From Octopus vulgaris (lineage: Eukaryota), in assembly GCA_951406725.2 (NCBI GenBank), contig OX597815.1, positions 74,896,001 to 74,960,000 of the forward strand: 64,000 bases of DNA, read 5' to 3'. Both the position numbers and the translations under genes were made by a program. The notes beneath the pieces are model-generated. The model did not search any database. It saw only the letters and a program-made list of their open reading frames with translations, and was not told where the DNA came from. Below are positions 11,371 through 25,000 of the stretch, piece after piece (position 1 is the stretch's first letter; each line of letters begins with the position of its first letter).

Positions 11371-14300
11371 TTTTTCTTCACAGGTATTTTTGCTCCCCCT
11401 TCAGCAAAGCTTCCTTATTACTCAGAATTCTTGCCCGATTTTAAAACTCTCAAATTGCAGTTAGCTATTGAAATCACCTATTTAATCATTGAAGCATACC
11501 ATGTAAATTTACTGTAAGTTTCCGATATCCTCTTCAGCTATTCAAGTGTTGGTGGAAAATACCATGCAATATTACGTTTGACTCATTGTGAAACCTACTG
11601 GGGTAAACTGTGTCTTTCATCCTTTCGGTGTCAATAAAATAGTCCCAGTCAAGTACTGGGGTCAATGGTGTTGGCTATTTCTCTCCACTAAATATCCTAT
11701 TTCTTTGTAGTTTAATCATTTCCGACTTGATTTTTCCCAAACTAAAATCACTAGATTTTGATTCCGTTTCTACCTAGCTTTGATCGGCTAGAAACAGGAA
11801 TTCAAAATAAGCATTTGTAGGGATTTGAACCCCAACCACGGAATATTAAGTCTGGAATCTCAAGTAAGCCACTACAGTTTCACATGATTGATCTATAAAT
11901 TGACCAGTCAACATGAAGTTGTGACATCATATGGCTTCTTGGATGATCTAAAATTCTCTAGCTTTTTACCCTACTTCAACAGCTTGGTGCCTAACTCGCT
12001 ATACAGACTACTTCAGGCACTTAGATAGACCACTTTAGGCAAACCACCTTGAGCAAGAGACAACTTCGGACACTTATACACAATGTATCACATCTAGCCT
12101 TCAACAACACACAACTCGGTTCTCTCCTCTCAACCAGTGGTTTATAGTATCTGCATCTTTCTTTTCTAGATAGCCAACAAAGTAAATCATGTTCCTCAAT
12201 GAATATGTTTAAAAAAAAAGGTCATGAGGCTGCTTCATTTATGACACATGCAACTCACTAGACCACACAATGATAGTCTTCAACAATACTATGCACACCA
12301 ACAAGCAACCACCATGACATTAGTGTTCAAGCAAAAACCTGAACACATCTCCAAAGAAAGACGAACCCACACTAAAACCTTATACTTCTCACTATTGCAC
12401 ACTAACTAATATTATTTGCTGTTTAATAACAACAATAACTTTACTTTATCCTTGTTTCCTAAGCAAGTGGAACCTGGAAAGAAATTGATGCAATCCATTC
12501 TCTTTAGAGTAAGACTTAATGAATGCAAAATCAAACAAAAGAAATAAAGAAAAAGAAATAAATCTCAAAAGTTTGAATGTTTTGCATGTATTTTGATCTG
12601 AAACTGTGTTGAAACCAATATTGTTATATTTGGGAAAAGTCACAAAACAGTTTATAAACTCAGTCACTGATGGCTGTCTTGGAATATCTTTCATTTCGTT
12701 TTGGAAAAACAAAGGGAAATAGAATATATTCTAAAACAAACACCAATCGGTAAGCATGTTTATGAGTTCTATTAATTATGACCCTTCCAACATGTAACAA
12801 TTACGTAAAAAAAAAGTTCACATTTCTTAAAAACTATTTTTTATTTTTGTACAAGTATTAATAATAGATCTTAACACAATATCATATTTGGATATTAATA
12901 GATATTGAAGCAGTATCCAAATTTAATCACGACACTAATAGAACTTTGAGCAATATTGATATGTATTTAATCATCATAGTTCACTCGTACTGAGGCCAGC
13001 TGACTATTCTGAAAACAAAAACACTAGTAAGGTTTATTATCATTACTTACTATGTAATTGATTATGCAATGAAGGGGTCCTCTTATGTGATTGCTCTCTT
13101 TGCTGGAAATGGCAACAAATTCTCACTGAAATCATACTACTCTACCATTTATTTTCATCTGAGATCCACATAACCTAGAAGTTATGGTGTTCAGGTGGTG
13201 ATCATAAAATCACAGGTTCAATTCCTTGACCAGACAAAACAATGTGCAGGTAATTTGCTTTATGTTTGTCTAGTCGAAGCTGTAATGAGTTCTAACTGAG
13301 CGCAACCTCCACCCCTCTCTCTCTCTCTAATCCCTCTGTTTATCTATCTGTCTGCATATCCCCCTATCTATTTGTCAATCTATCTATATATCCTGCTGTC
13401 ACATAGGACTGAGAGGGAGACTATATTTGTCTGCAACTACAAGGGCCCATAAAACAAATAGTAAAAGCATGATACACTCGCAAATGACTGTTGGTTACTG
13501 ATTAATCTGTGCTAATATGACACTTGTTTTCTCTTGAATACTAGTTTTGTAGTAGGTTACATTTAAATTTCAACAAACGTTACCGGCTGGTGCCTCAAAA
13601 TTGACATTATAAGCAGTTTCCTTGTTATTAAACACAGCTGTCAAGGTGAATTTATTGTGTGACTATATAGGTGTGTCTATATGTGTGAGGTAGAATTTGT
13701 AAGGACCGTGCGATGTGAGGTGCGAGAATGGCTCTTTAGTACTACATCACACAGCCCTTACAATAAAGAGAAAATTGATAGAACCAATATAAATGCCATA
13801 GGGAAAAGAGATACAACCACGCAGAATAATTAAGAGAAGATTTATTGATATGTTAACTTGTGAGATTGTGTGTGCATCATGTATACAGGACAGGCTGTCA
13901 TGAGAATAAAATGTATGTGTGCATGTAGGCATATATGTATGCACATGAGTTAAGAACATATAAGGATGGCAATGAAGAAGGAGACAATGAAAGAGTCTAC
14001 AACCATCGAAGTGAGAAGTAAGTTCATGGACACAAGAAAGATAATACCAGTTCGTAGTCAATAGTACATGGTAAGTGAAATACTGTTTCAAGAAGTCGCG
14101 GCCATGATGCTGAGCCAGTTGCAGGTACATGTCATACATTAAGTTATGGCTGTGATACTGCTGCCTAGGTCACTTGCTACAGGAGTTCATGCAGGTCGTA
14201 TATTCACTGTTGATCCATGGTGAAATAATTCAGGAACAGTCAAGTGTTGGAACCTGGGTGAATTGCTTGCTGAGCTGTGCACGTAGAGAGATGATGTTGA

Positions 14301-15760
14301 CGACATTAAGAAGGACATGATGGTGGCGACGAAGAGAGAGGTTGCTGTAATGCTGTTGGATGAAGTTGATAAGTCTCAACGTAGCTGCTGTGGTGGTGTT
14401 GTCTGACACTGTCGCTGGAACTGGCTGTGTCTTTGTGGTCAGTGGCTAAACCTTAAAAGGTCTGGAACCAAAGACTTCAGAAAGAGGAAAAGCTGAATCT
14501 TTATAAGGAACAGTAGACTCAAAACAGGGTGGTAAACAGGCTGTCCCATGTAATTTTATTTAAGGACTCTGACTGGTTATACACAGCAAGTTGGTACGAC
14601 AGAGTAAGAGACAAATTGCATTGATACCAACCAATCAGAATAGTGGACACAACAGGAACCAAATAGCAGCCAAAGGTTAGCTGTTCCCTGCTATGTTCAA
14701 ATGCACATATATATAATAAATGGGAGAGACGAATTTCACCTGAGTCTACGCTACAATTTAAAATAATAAATAATTGCATCTAAGTATGAAGTGGAACATG
14801 CAAATTCCCTATAAGTCAGCCTGCCTCATGGCCCCAGCAGACAAAATGGAAAAGGCGTTGTCCCAGATGGCGAGGGAAATGTGCTGGAGCAGCCACTCTT
14901 GGCTCATGGGGCTCACATTTGTGGATAGCTATCTCTGCCCTGTTAGCAGTAAGCAGGGATATGGCCTGGACGGGGTCAGAGGGGGTGCAAGAACGTCGGA
15001 GGTCTCCACTGTCACAGGCTTGACCATAAACCTATCAGAGAGTAACCAATACCTTGACGGTTTGCTTTTCTCAGCCTAACAACCAGCGGAGTCTGGGCTG
15101 GTAGGTGTTGCTGCTGGAGAAGGTGTCCCAGCATGTGGCATCCCAGTTGAAGGGACCAACCATTATGGAACGGGGAAATAGTCATACCATCAAGCTTTTA
15201 TTGTCCCCTCAGTCTAGCCCTACTGGCTTGAGCTGGAAGAGAAGCCTACAGCTCTAGGCCATGCTTTATGATTTTGCTATGGGTGACATGACGTGGAAGG
15301 CAACCAGCATTATTACAGCATGCCAGTGAGTTGAGGTCAAAAGAATCTACAGTGGATCTGCAGTAGAATTCACAGCTCTGGAGGCCAAGCCTCAGGGAAA
15401 TGCCAATTCACAGACAATCGTTATGAAGCTGAGTGCCAATTGCAAGTAATGGTATGGCATTGAGCTAACCTTCACTGCGAAGCTCAGCAGCTGAACTGAA
15501 ACAGGCCAGATGGTGCTAGCCAAGTTGGCGCACTAACTCATACACGATTATGCTACATTGGATGGCATCCCATTTCTTTTGAGAGGACTGGACGTCCATA
15601 GAGGTGAGAAGGGGATGGACGTCAGTAGGGCACAGGCAGAACTGGCACCATATAGCCTAAGCCACCTCGTGTTGCCCAATCACAGATGGTTCAGTTGTGT
15701 TGTGAAGAAACCTTACATTACGTGTGTATGTGTATGCGTACAGCCAAACAGAAAAGATCC

Positions 15761-16060
15761 CTTTTATCTGTTTCAGTACTTATTTTTTTGTTAAGTCAGG
15801 TACTTATTCTATTAGATTCTTTTAGCTGAGTTACTAAGTTACGGGGGCGTAAACATACCAACACTGGTTGTGAAGTGGGGAGGGACACTGACAGATATGA
15901 CAGGCTTCTTCAGTCTCCATCTACCAAATCCACTCACAAGGCTTTGGTCGGCCTGAGGCTATAGTAGAAGATACTTGCCCAAGGTGCCACAGTAGGACTG
16001 AACTCGGAACTATGTGGTTGAGAAGTAAACCTCTACCATACAGCCACGCTTGTATCTATA
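15761..16060 (-). mobile_element. SINE family A
   Basis: Similar to other copies. Confidence 0.8.
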
Positions 16061-16087
16061 CATATCTGTGTGTGTGTGCCTGTAATA

Positions 16088-16138
<51 letters not shown>

Positions 16139-16722
16139 CTAATAAATAATATGAATTGGTAATATCTGTAAGTAGATGATTGGAATGAATCTGTTCCTCC
16201 ATTTTCTTATTTGTATTATATATATATATATATATATATACTAGCTTAAAAGCTAGTACATAGCTTTTAAGCAACTGACCTTTAATGGGAAGATCTGCAA
16301 GCAGATTTCTGACTTGTTTTGGAGAATTTGTTGCAATTGTTTCCTCCAGAGTCATGTCCCAATGATAATTTGTCACAAAAAATCATGCCAAAAAAAATCG
16401 CCAAAAACAATTGCAGTAATGAAAACATAGGAATCCAAAATTTCAGGATTGCAGGTACGGATTGTTTTTAATTTATTCACGGAGTTAGCCTTTAGATTAT
16501 AAAAATTGTTATCATACAAAAAAAATTGTCGCAAAATGTCACATAAAAAAAATCACTGAAAACGATCACAGTAATGAAAACTTGGAAATCCAAAATTTCA
16601 TGATTATGGGTCCAGTTTCCAAAATAGTATATGTTGGGTTATGTCCTCTAGGAGTAAAATTGAAAAAGTGTGACACACTGACATTCACATTTATTATATT
16701 ATATTGTATTTTTATATTATAT

Positions 16723-16942
16723 TAAGGAGTCAAGCTGGCAGAATCATTAACACGCTGGGCAAAATGCTTAACAGTATTTCGTCTACTGTTAGGTTTTGAG
16801 TTCAAATTCCGTCGAGGTCAACTTTGCCTTTCATCCTTTCAGGGTCAATAAAATTAGTACCAGTTACGTACTGGGGTCGATGTAGTCGACTTAATCGCTT
16901 CTCCCAAAATTTGAGGCCTTGTGCTTCCAGTAGAAAGGATTT
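16723..16942 (+). mobile_element. SINE family B (tRNA-like head, Nin/Deu-like core)
   Basis: AGCTGGCAGAATCATTAAC...GAGTTCAAATTCC...GCCTTTCATCCTTTCAGGGTCAATAAAATTAGTACC...GGCCTTGTGC. Confidence 0.85.
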
Positions 16943-17420
16943 ATTAAAGTTGAAAATGTATGACACACTGACATTCACATTTATTATATTAGATATGTTT
17001 AATTTTGGGGAAACTTTGTGTGTGTATTAAAGAAAGCAAAAAAATAAAACAAAAATGATAGTGTTCAGTATGTTGGTGACAGGAATTTCTGTCAAAGAGA
17101 CATGGTTAAACAAAGTTGTACATCTCTCCCTCTTTCCCTGTCTTTCATTACTCCCACTGCCACCATCAACACTACTACTTTTAATAAAACATCATCCACT
17201 CTCCCTAAAATTCTTTGTATCTCTTTCTCTCCCTCTCTTTTTCTTTCTTTCTCTCTCTCTCTCTCTCTCCGGATTCGCTACTGCCCTCACCATCTCTATG
17301 CCTACTATTACTCTCACCCCCATCATGGGTAATAGTAGGAGTGTCATTAAATAGTGACAGTGGGGTCTAAGTATGACACAGAAATTAGTTTTTGCTTTAT
17401 TATATTATATTATATTATAT

Positions 17421-17469
<49 letters not shown>

Positions 17470-18564
17470 AATATATATATATATATATACAGAGAGAGAG
17501 AAAAAAAAAGAGACAGACAGACATGGAGTGAGAGAGAGAGAGAGAGACTGATAACACGAAACTCACAGTCACTCAGTCACTTTTCTAAATTTTTGACCGA
17601 TTAATATGTGTATGCAGTGTATGTGAGGAATAGAGTACACAGAGAGTTCATATGGATGTGGGTGTGCATGCACGTGTACATATGTGTGCCTGTAAGAGAG
17701 ACAGAGAGACAGAGACAGAAAGTATGTTATTTGAACTTGATATGTCACTTCAATACAGCAGTATTGATCACATCCTAAAACGTGTGTTTAGCATATATAA
17801 TTTACATGAAATAAGTTACCATGAAAAAGACACATCAAGATAACAATCAGACAAAATGATTGGAAAATATCCAGGTTAAACTAGGAAAAATACTGAACAG
17901 AAAATCTTTAGTCGCACTTAGTAGAGCATAACAAAACTGAAAACATAGATTTGTTATTTTTCTTTCTTTAAATTACATAGTCTTTAGTCACGTTACATTT
18001 GTTCACTTACATGTTCTTGAGAATGTATGTGTACAGTGATGTGTTATGGTACAATGCTCATTCAACTATTCACGTGCTTGTATTTCTCATTTCTTAAAAA
18101 TATTCGTGATTAAAAGATAATAAAAAACATAGTTCTTCTTACAAAACCTGTCAAAAAAATTGAATTTTATTTGTTTGCTTTGTTGTCACATTTTGTTTAA
18201 AACTGGGAAAATGTAAGATGTTTTATGCGAAAACATTTTATATGTCTTTTACTCATGGGCCTGGGAAGAGGGAGTGCAAGCACACCTAAATATATATATA
18301 TATTTTTTTTTTTTATAGGTAACCCTACTTACTTTTCTCAAGTTTAGAGAACAGTGTGTAAAAAGTGATCTGTAAAAAATAGCTTGAAATTAACTTTCTT
18401 CTCAATGAATAAAACCAAAATAAATTTTGAATAACAATAAGACCTTGCTTGTAAAAACATTTGGACCTGTGTTTGCTGCCCCTAAGCAAATTTCGTTCTA
18501 GAGCCAGTCCTTTTACTTGTTTCAATCATTCGACTGTGGTAATGCCTGACTGCCTTCAAGAGTT

Positions 18565-18910
18565 TGATTCATGGGCCTCACAGAGGAAATGACAAAGACC
18601 AAGTCCTTTGAGATATGCTGTGACTGTGAAGACCCGACAAATGAAGTGAGTTCATGGCTCGCCTGCTGTGCTAACATTGGATTGTAGAGTGACCCGCTGT
18701 TCTTGAGGAGAACTATTGAGTCAAATACATCAACACCAACATCAAAATCAAAAGGAAATTGTAGTTAAGATACCGTGCCAGTGGCACGTAAAAAGCACCA
18801 TCCAAACATGGCCTATGCCAGCGCCACCTGACTGGCATCCGTGTTGGTGACATGTAAAAAGCACCAAGTGATTGTGGCCATTTGCCAGCTTCCTCTGGCC
18901 CCTGTGAGAT
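18565..18910 (+). mobile_element. Old RTE LINE 3' fragment
   Basis: Resembles 50290-50700 (GGCCTCACAGAGGAAATGAC; GGCACGTAAAAAGCACC repeats). Confidence 0.7.
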
Positions 18911-19244
18911 TGGTAAAAAAGAACAATTGATCAATCAGTGCAAGGGTAGTGATGAGTTGACAGGGTGTTGGTGGGAGGTGAGAAAGAGATCAAAAGAGTT
19001 TGGAGTATCTGGGTTAGTAATCAAGGTCGCTTATTGTATAGAATTGAGGATTGCAAAAGATATGATTTCTGGGGAAATGGCACCAATGTAGAATGAGTGC
19101 AAGGCCAAGAAAGTAATTGTGAGTATCAAAGTTACCAAGAATTATGATTTCAAAGAGGTGCGGAAAGAAATATGGTTGAATAGTTGTAGGTGGTTGGAGG
19201 AGTTTGAAACATAATAGAGGAAAATACAACTATCCTTGTTTATC

Positions 19245-19676
19245 ATGGGGTGTTTCGGATTCAGTCCCACTGTGTAGGACCTCGGGCAAGTGTCTTTTAC
19301 AATAGCCGTAGGCTGACCAAACCCTTGTGAGTGGATTTGGTAGATGGAAACTGAAGCAAGCCAGTCATATATACACACAAACACACACACACACACACAC
19401 ACTCACACACACACACACACACACATACACACATATATATATGTGTGTGTGTGTGTCTTTGTGTCTATGTTTGTCCCTTCTTTCACTGCTTGACAACCGG
19501 CATTGGTGTGTTTATATCTCCATAACTTCGCAGTTCGGCAAAAGAGACCGATAGAATAAGTACTCAGCTTTAAAAAATAAGTCCTGGGATCAATTTGTTT
19601 GAAGAAAACCCTTCAAGGTGGTGCTCCAGCATGGCCACAGTCAAATGACTGAAACAAGTAAAAGAATAAAAGAATA
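19245..19676 (+). mobile_element. SINE family A, 5'-eroded
   Basis: Body, (CA)n, and tail GGTGCTCCAGCATGGCCACAGTCAAATGACTGAAACAAG. Confidence 0.87.
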
Positions 19677-19858
19677 GTGAGAAATGACTCATCTCCACAC
19701 TTTATAAATTGAGCAAATGATATATTCATTGATACCAAACTCATAGTCCACAGCTAAAATATGTACCACCAAAAGTTCATGACCTCTGTGTTTATAGGTG
19801 GGAAAACATATGCAGTGGTTTCTTGGTTATTTCAGAGAACAGCTAAACAACCACTTAA

Positions 19859-20086
19859 TTAACCCCTTAGCACTGAAACCGGCCAGGTACAGCTAAACTA
19901 TTCTACCTGTTTTATGTTCAAACTGACCAGATCTGGTCTCTCATGCCTACCCTACAATATCATTCTGAAAAATAAATTATCACATCATCAAAATCTCAAA
20001 ACTACAAGATACTGCATGATTAATTCAAAAGAATGTGATTAATTAAGCATTACATTTGATAGAAAAATCAGAATACTAAAAGGTTA
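19859..20086. mobile_element. TTAA-type (piggyBac-like) MITE
   Basis: TTAACCCCTTAGCA...TACTAAAAGGTTA termini. Related copy at about 39820-40030. Confidence 0.65.
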
Positions 20087-20559
20087 GGCATCTACATGAT
20101 TTCCCAACAAGAGAACTTTTGGAAATATTCCACTCCAAAATATGCACAGCTTATATTTGATGATCAAATCAGTTCTTTCCTATAATAGTGATAGTGAATG
20201 AAAAATTCCCAATAGAACTTCTTGAGTAGCTATAAGATTTCATATGAAATCTCCTGTAGCCGTTACTGACACTTTAACAAAAAATGAAGTAATTGTAAAG
20301 AAATGCCTAAACTTGGTTGCAGTGGGTTGCCAGTGTATATTTTAAGTGCATAATTGGTCAAGATGTATGTATAGTATTGAAGAAATATATATATATTAAT
20401 CATAAAGTACCTTACCAGATAGTTTTTCACTAGCTACTCACAAATTTCGACTACAATTTCTGTCTTAAATAGATCAAAAGCTCCACCAAAAGTCATGGAC
20501 CAATAGAATCTGATAAATCTGCCTTCTCTAACCAACTTCAACTGACAAGTAAATCATAT

Positions 20560-20778
20560 CTTTTATCTTTAATCTATTTCAGTCATTAGACTGCAACCAT
20601 GCTGGGGCACCATTTTGATGAAATTTTAGTCAAATTATTCAACCGTAGGACTTGATTTTTTTTTTCTGAGCCTGGTACTTATTATATTGGTCTCATTAAC
20701 CAAACCACAAAGTTACAGTGACATAAGCAAACCAATACCAGTTGTCAAGCAGTGGTAGGGGACAGACACAGATACAAA

Positions 20779-20854
<76 letters not shown>

Positions 20855-20985
20855 TATAAATATGTATATGACAGGTTTCTTTCAGTTTCCATCTACCAAA
20901 TCCACTCACAAAGCTTTGATTGACCTGAGACTATAGTAGAAGACACTTTCCCAATGTGTCATGCAGTGAGACTAAACACGGAATC
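20560..20985 (-). mobile_element. SINE family A
   Basis: Tail, (CA)n and body. Confidence 0.83.
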
Positions 20986-21409
20986 AATTTTCAAATCTAT
21001 GTGAATTCTATATTAAGGATGTGGTGGGAAAATTTCTTACTAGAAAATCAATGCATTTATTGTTAGTATCTTTATACTCATATAGAAATGAATTATTTTA
21101 GACACTTCACCACAATATGCCATTTACAATTTTATGAAAATAAATTTCAAAGAAATTAGATGTGCTAGTGTTTTTTATTTGATTTTATATTCATATCAAA
21201 AAACAAAAATTGTAAATGACATACTTAGCGTGAAGTGTGTAAAACAATTCGCTTCTATATATATACAAAGGATATTAGATAATAAATAGATTAAACATCC
21301 TAGTCAGAAATTCACACGATACTTCCTAAATATACACACAGATTTCTACTTCATATTATTCATATGTCAATTGAAATAGGTTGGAGAAGGTTATATAGTT
21401 GTGTGTGTG

Positions 21410-21464
<55 letters not shown>

Positions 21465-21499
21465 TAATCAAAAATAAAAACATGATGCCAAGGATTCAG

Positions 21500-21575
21500 C
21501 GGTGCATATGTTTCGGGCCTTTATTAGACGGATTTATAACAATGCATAATGTGTGTCTATGGCCTTCTTCAGCCG
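21500..21575 (-). ncRNA. Hammerhead-like motif with a mutated cleavage triplet
   Basis: Minus strand reads CGG-CTGAAGA-AGGCCATAGAC...GTCTAATAAAGGCCC-GAAA-CATATG-CA-CCG. Stem III CATATG is palindromic. Confidence 0.55.
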
Positions 21576-22830
21576 TGCACAATTACTACTTCAAGGACAT
21601 GTATTACATCATAAATTCTACATTGGGTATGCAAATCCTCACAGTTGCGTACGACAGAGTGGGGCACCAGCACAAAAACGAAGCGTCCATCCCGTCTTTC
21701 ACTCAATGTAGAATGAGGAAGTTTGGTTGTTGAGGTAATATAAATAAATAAATAAATAAATATATAAATACACCCAGACGTGAAGAAACCTGGTAATATA
21801 AATAAATAGAGATAAAGATAGAGGAACGAGAAAAGATTAAAAAATATAAAAAAATAAAAAAATATAAATATAGAAATATAAAAAATATAAAATATAAAAA
21901 AAATATAAAAATAAGGGATATAAAGTGGTTAAGAACTAACAAGGTGGTCAGAAAGATGACATGTTCTGGTTGTAGAAGCCTACGGGGCATAGCGGCGGGT
22001 GTCATAAATCAACTAGAACGTCTGGAGACCCAGTATATGGTTAATTACGGTTGTCTGGTTTGTGGCTAAACCGTTTATCTATTTCCTCGTAAATTGCCCC
22101 AGTGTGGCCACAGTCTAATGACTGAAACAAGTAAAAGATAAAAGATACATGCAGTATGTATGGTGATTCTGTTGTAGCAAGGAGAGCCTCATAACAGGCA
22201 CATATATGTACAACAACACTGCTTCCACCTGCAAATCACTAGTAGATATATAAGATCTAGAGAAATCATACCAGTAGACTCCTAGGTAAATAGAGAGACA
22301 TATACTGTGTTTTAAAAAATGTGAGTTGGAGCCATTTAGTAAACATTGGGAATATCACAACAATAAGTTGGCTAGCAGATTAAAAGAAAGATCAACAATC
22401 CCAATCCCACAAGATTGATACATAAATAGTAGAAGTCTTTACACCCAAACAATCCTGTCCATACTGTTGATTAACAGAGAAAAGAATTTGGTCAAGTGCC
22501 TGTCAGTCTAAGAAATTATAAATCAAAAGATTAAGAGAAATAACAGGTGTGTCTCAAACCACAGTGTATGATACATACCACTTGAATATGGTTACTGTCT
22601 CAAGACATACCTATACAGTTTTACAGGACTGGCATTTCCACCTGCCCTAATTTTACACACCCACATACGTATATACATATCTATATGCCAAAACAGACAT
22701 GAGAGTGTGACACACTTCTATGATCTCTCACATTCTGTCAACCTGTCCAATCCAAGCCAGTAGAGAAGATAGATGTATATATACATAGACAGACAGACTT
22801 ACAGATATACATATATATACATATGTATAT

Positions 22831-23240
22831 CTGCTGAGAACTCAGTAAGGTTTCAAAATTGAGTAAGGCTGTTCATCATTTTTTCAATCTACAGAGAAAT
22901 ACCCAAGTCAGCCCTGTTTATATATCTGTTACACAGGTTATACTATATTATATCATACCTTGATACTGTGTGGATTGTGATCCCTGTTGACAGGCCCCTG
23001 ATATTAAAGTGTTGAAACTTACGGCATACAAAGTAGTAGAAACAGTTCTCTGTAGCTACCGGAATCGCTGAGTATATAAACAGATTGGCTGCTTTCTTCT
23101 CTGGGATTGGTCAAATTGATGTAGATGCCTCTGATGAGAAGCCAGTAAGGTTTGAAAATCAGTTAAGGCTTTTCATCAATCTATAGAGAAATAGCTAAAT
23201 CTTTTCATCAGCCCTCTTTATATATATGTACTACACAGGT
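22831..23240 (+). mobile_element. Tandem element with a 300-nt period and two hammerhead-like motifs (retrozyme-like or Penelope pLTR-like)
   Basis: Direct repeats of about 108 bp start at 22831 and 23131. Copy 2 reads GCCT-CTGATGA-GAAGCCAGTAAGGTTT-GAAA-ATCAGT-TA-AGGC. Confidence 0.65.
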
Positions 23241-23264
23241 CACACACATACACATATTTAATCT

Positions 23265-23311
<47 letters not shown>

Positions 23312-23371
23312 CCCTCTCTCTCTTTCGGAGAGGCACTGAGCAGCTATACGCACACATACACACACGGCAGT

Positions 23372-23491
23372 AACTTCCACCTACCGAATTCAATCACAAA
23401 GCCCCGGTCAGCTCGGGGCTATAGTGGAAGACACCTACCCAAAGTGCCACGCAGTGGGACTGAACCCGAAACCATGTAGCTAGGAAGCAAG

Positions 23492-23492
<1 letters not shown>
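23372..23492 (-). mobile_element. SINE family A fragment
   Basis: Head-to-head with the next copy across a (TA)n tract. Confidence 0.75.
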
Positions 23493-23522
<30 letters not shown>

Positions 23523-23524
<2 letters not shown>

Positions 23525-23933
23525 CACAGGCATTGCTGAGTAGTAAGAAACTTGCTTCCCAACCATATAGTTCTGGGTTCAGTCACACTGTCTGTCACCT
23601 TAGGCAAGTATCTTCTACTATAGCCTCAGGCTGACCAAAGCCTAATAAGTGGAGTTAGTAGATGGAAACTGAAAGAAACCTGTCATATATATATATATAT
23701 ATATATGTATATATCTATGTGTCTGCATTTATCCCCCTCCATCACTGCTTGACAACCAATGTAGGTGTTTTTACAGCCCCATAACTTTGCGGTTCAACAA
23801 AAGGAACTGATGCAACAAGTACAAGGCTTACAAAGAATAAGTCCTGGGGTTAATTTCTTCAATTAAACTCCTTTAAAGTGGTGCCTAGCATGGTTGCAGT
23901 CAAAGGACAGAAACAAGTAAAAGAATAAAAGAG
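23523..23933 (+). mobile_element. SINE family A, full length
   Basis: GGCACAGGCATTGCTG head through GTAAAAGAATAAAAG tail. Confidence 0.87.
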
Positions 23934-24189
23934 CATGTATGTATGTATGTATGTATGTATGTATGTATGTATGTGTGTGTGTATGTATGTGTGTGTGTAT
24001 GTGTGTGTGTAATACTTATTATAATCATGGATTACAGTATCATATTGTTACTTTTATCAAAATTACTGGGTCCCCAAAACATTAGGAGTATTGTTATATC
24101 CTCTTCTTATTGATATCTAAAAGCCTCTGTCCCTAAGTGAATACAATAAACAGCTTCTACTGTGTGTGAGAAGTAGTTTGGATTAAAAA

Positions 24190-25000
24190 AGATGCTCAGT
24201 CATCAAATTGTCCTCGGACAAAGCCTACTTGGACTTGAAGGGAAATGGAAAAAATATGCTGACCTTCCAAATTTTATCAATATGAAAGGACAAAGACCAA
24301 AATGTGGTGTGAGAATCATTTTGGTTTGAGTTGACAGTCCCTTATGAGAAAAAATATGCTGACCTTCCAAATTTTATCAATATGAAAGGACAAAGACCAG
24401 ATTTTGCCCCATGGTCAAAATGTGGTGTCAGAATCATTTTGGTTGAGTTGACAGTCCCTTATGAGAAAGTTGTGGAGGCGCAATGGCCCAGTGGTGAGGG
24501 CAGCGGACTCGCGATTGTAGGATCGCGATTTCAATTCCCAGACCGGGCGTTGTGAGTGTTTATTGAGCGAAAACACCTAAAGCTCCACGAGGCTCCGGCA
24601 GGGATGGTGGTGATCCCTGCTGTACTCTTTCACCACAACTTTCTCTCACTCTTACTTCCTGTTTCTGTTGAACCTGTATTTCAAAGGGCCGGTCTTGTCA
24701 CTCTCTGTGTCACGCTGAATATCCCCGAGAACTATGTTAAGGGTACACGTGTCTGTGGAGTGCTCAGCCACTTACACGTTAATTTCACGAGCAGGCTGTT
24801 CCATTGATCGGGTCAACCGGAACCCTCATCGTCATAACCGACAGAGTGCTTCCATCCATGAGAAAGTATGATGACTGGTGAAAGAACTAACAAAGTTAGT
24901 TGCACTGTAAAGGTGGAGGAAGTTGATGCATGGGATTTGTTGAAGCATCCATTTGTCAACTACAACTACAAAGTCAGCTCATAATCAAGGGTCACAAAAA
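24190..25000 (+). pseudogene. HERO-like RLE non-LTR retrotransposon remnant, interrupted by a SINE
   Basis: GQRPDFAPWSKCGVRIILVELTVPYE matches the RPD...ELTVP nuclease motif. Local tandem duplication of about 100 bp at 24250-24470. Confidence 0.6.
24471..24857 (+). mobile_element. SINE family C (tRNA-derived) with a 10-bp TSD
   Basis: GGCGCAATGGCCCAGTGGT (A box) and ATTTCAATTCCC (B-box-like). TSD ATGAGAAAGT at 24461-24470 and 24858-24867. Confidence 0.88.

Noticed and set aside
24476-24550. tRNA gene-like sequence
   Set aside because: It is the head of a TSD-flanked SINE and has no clean cloverleaf.
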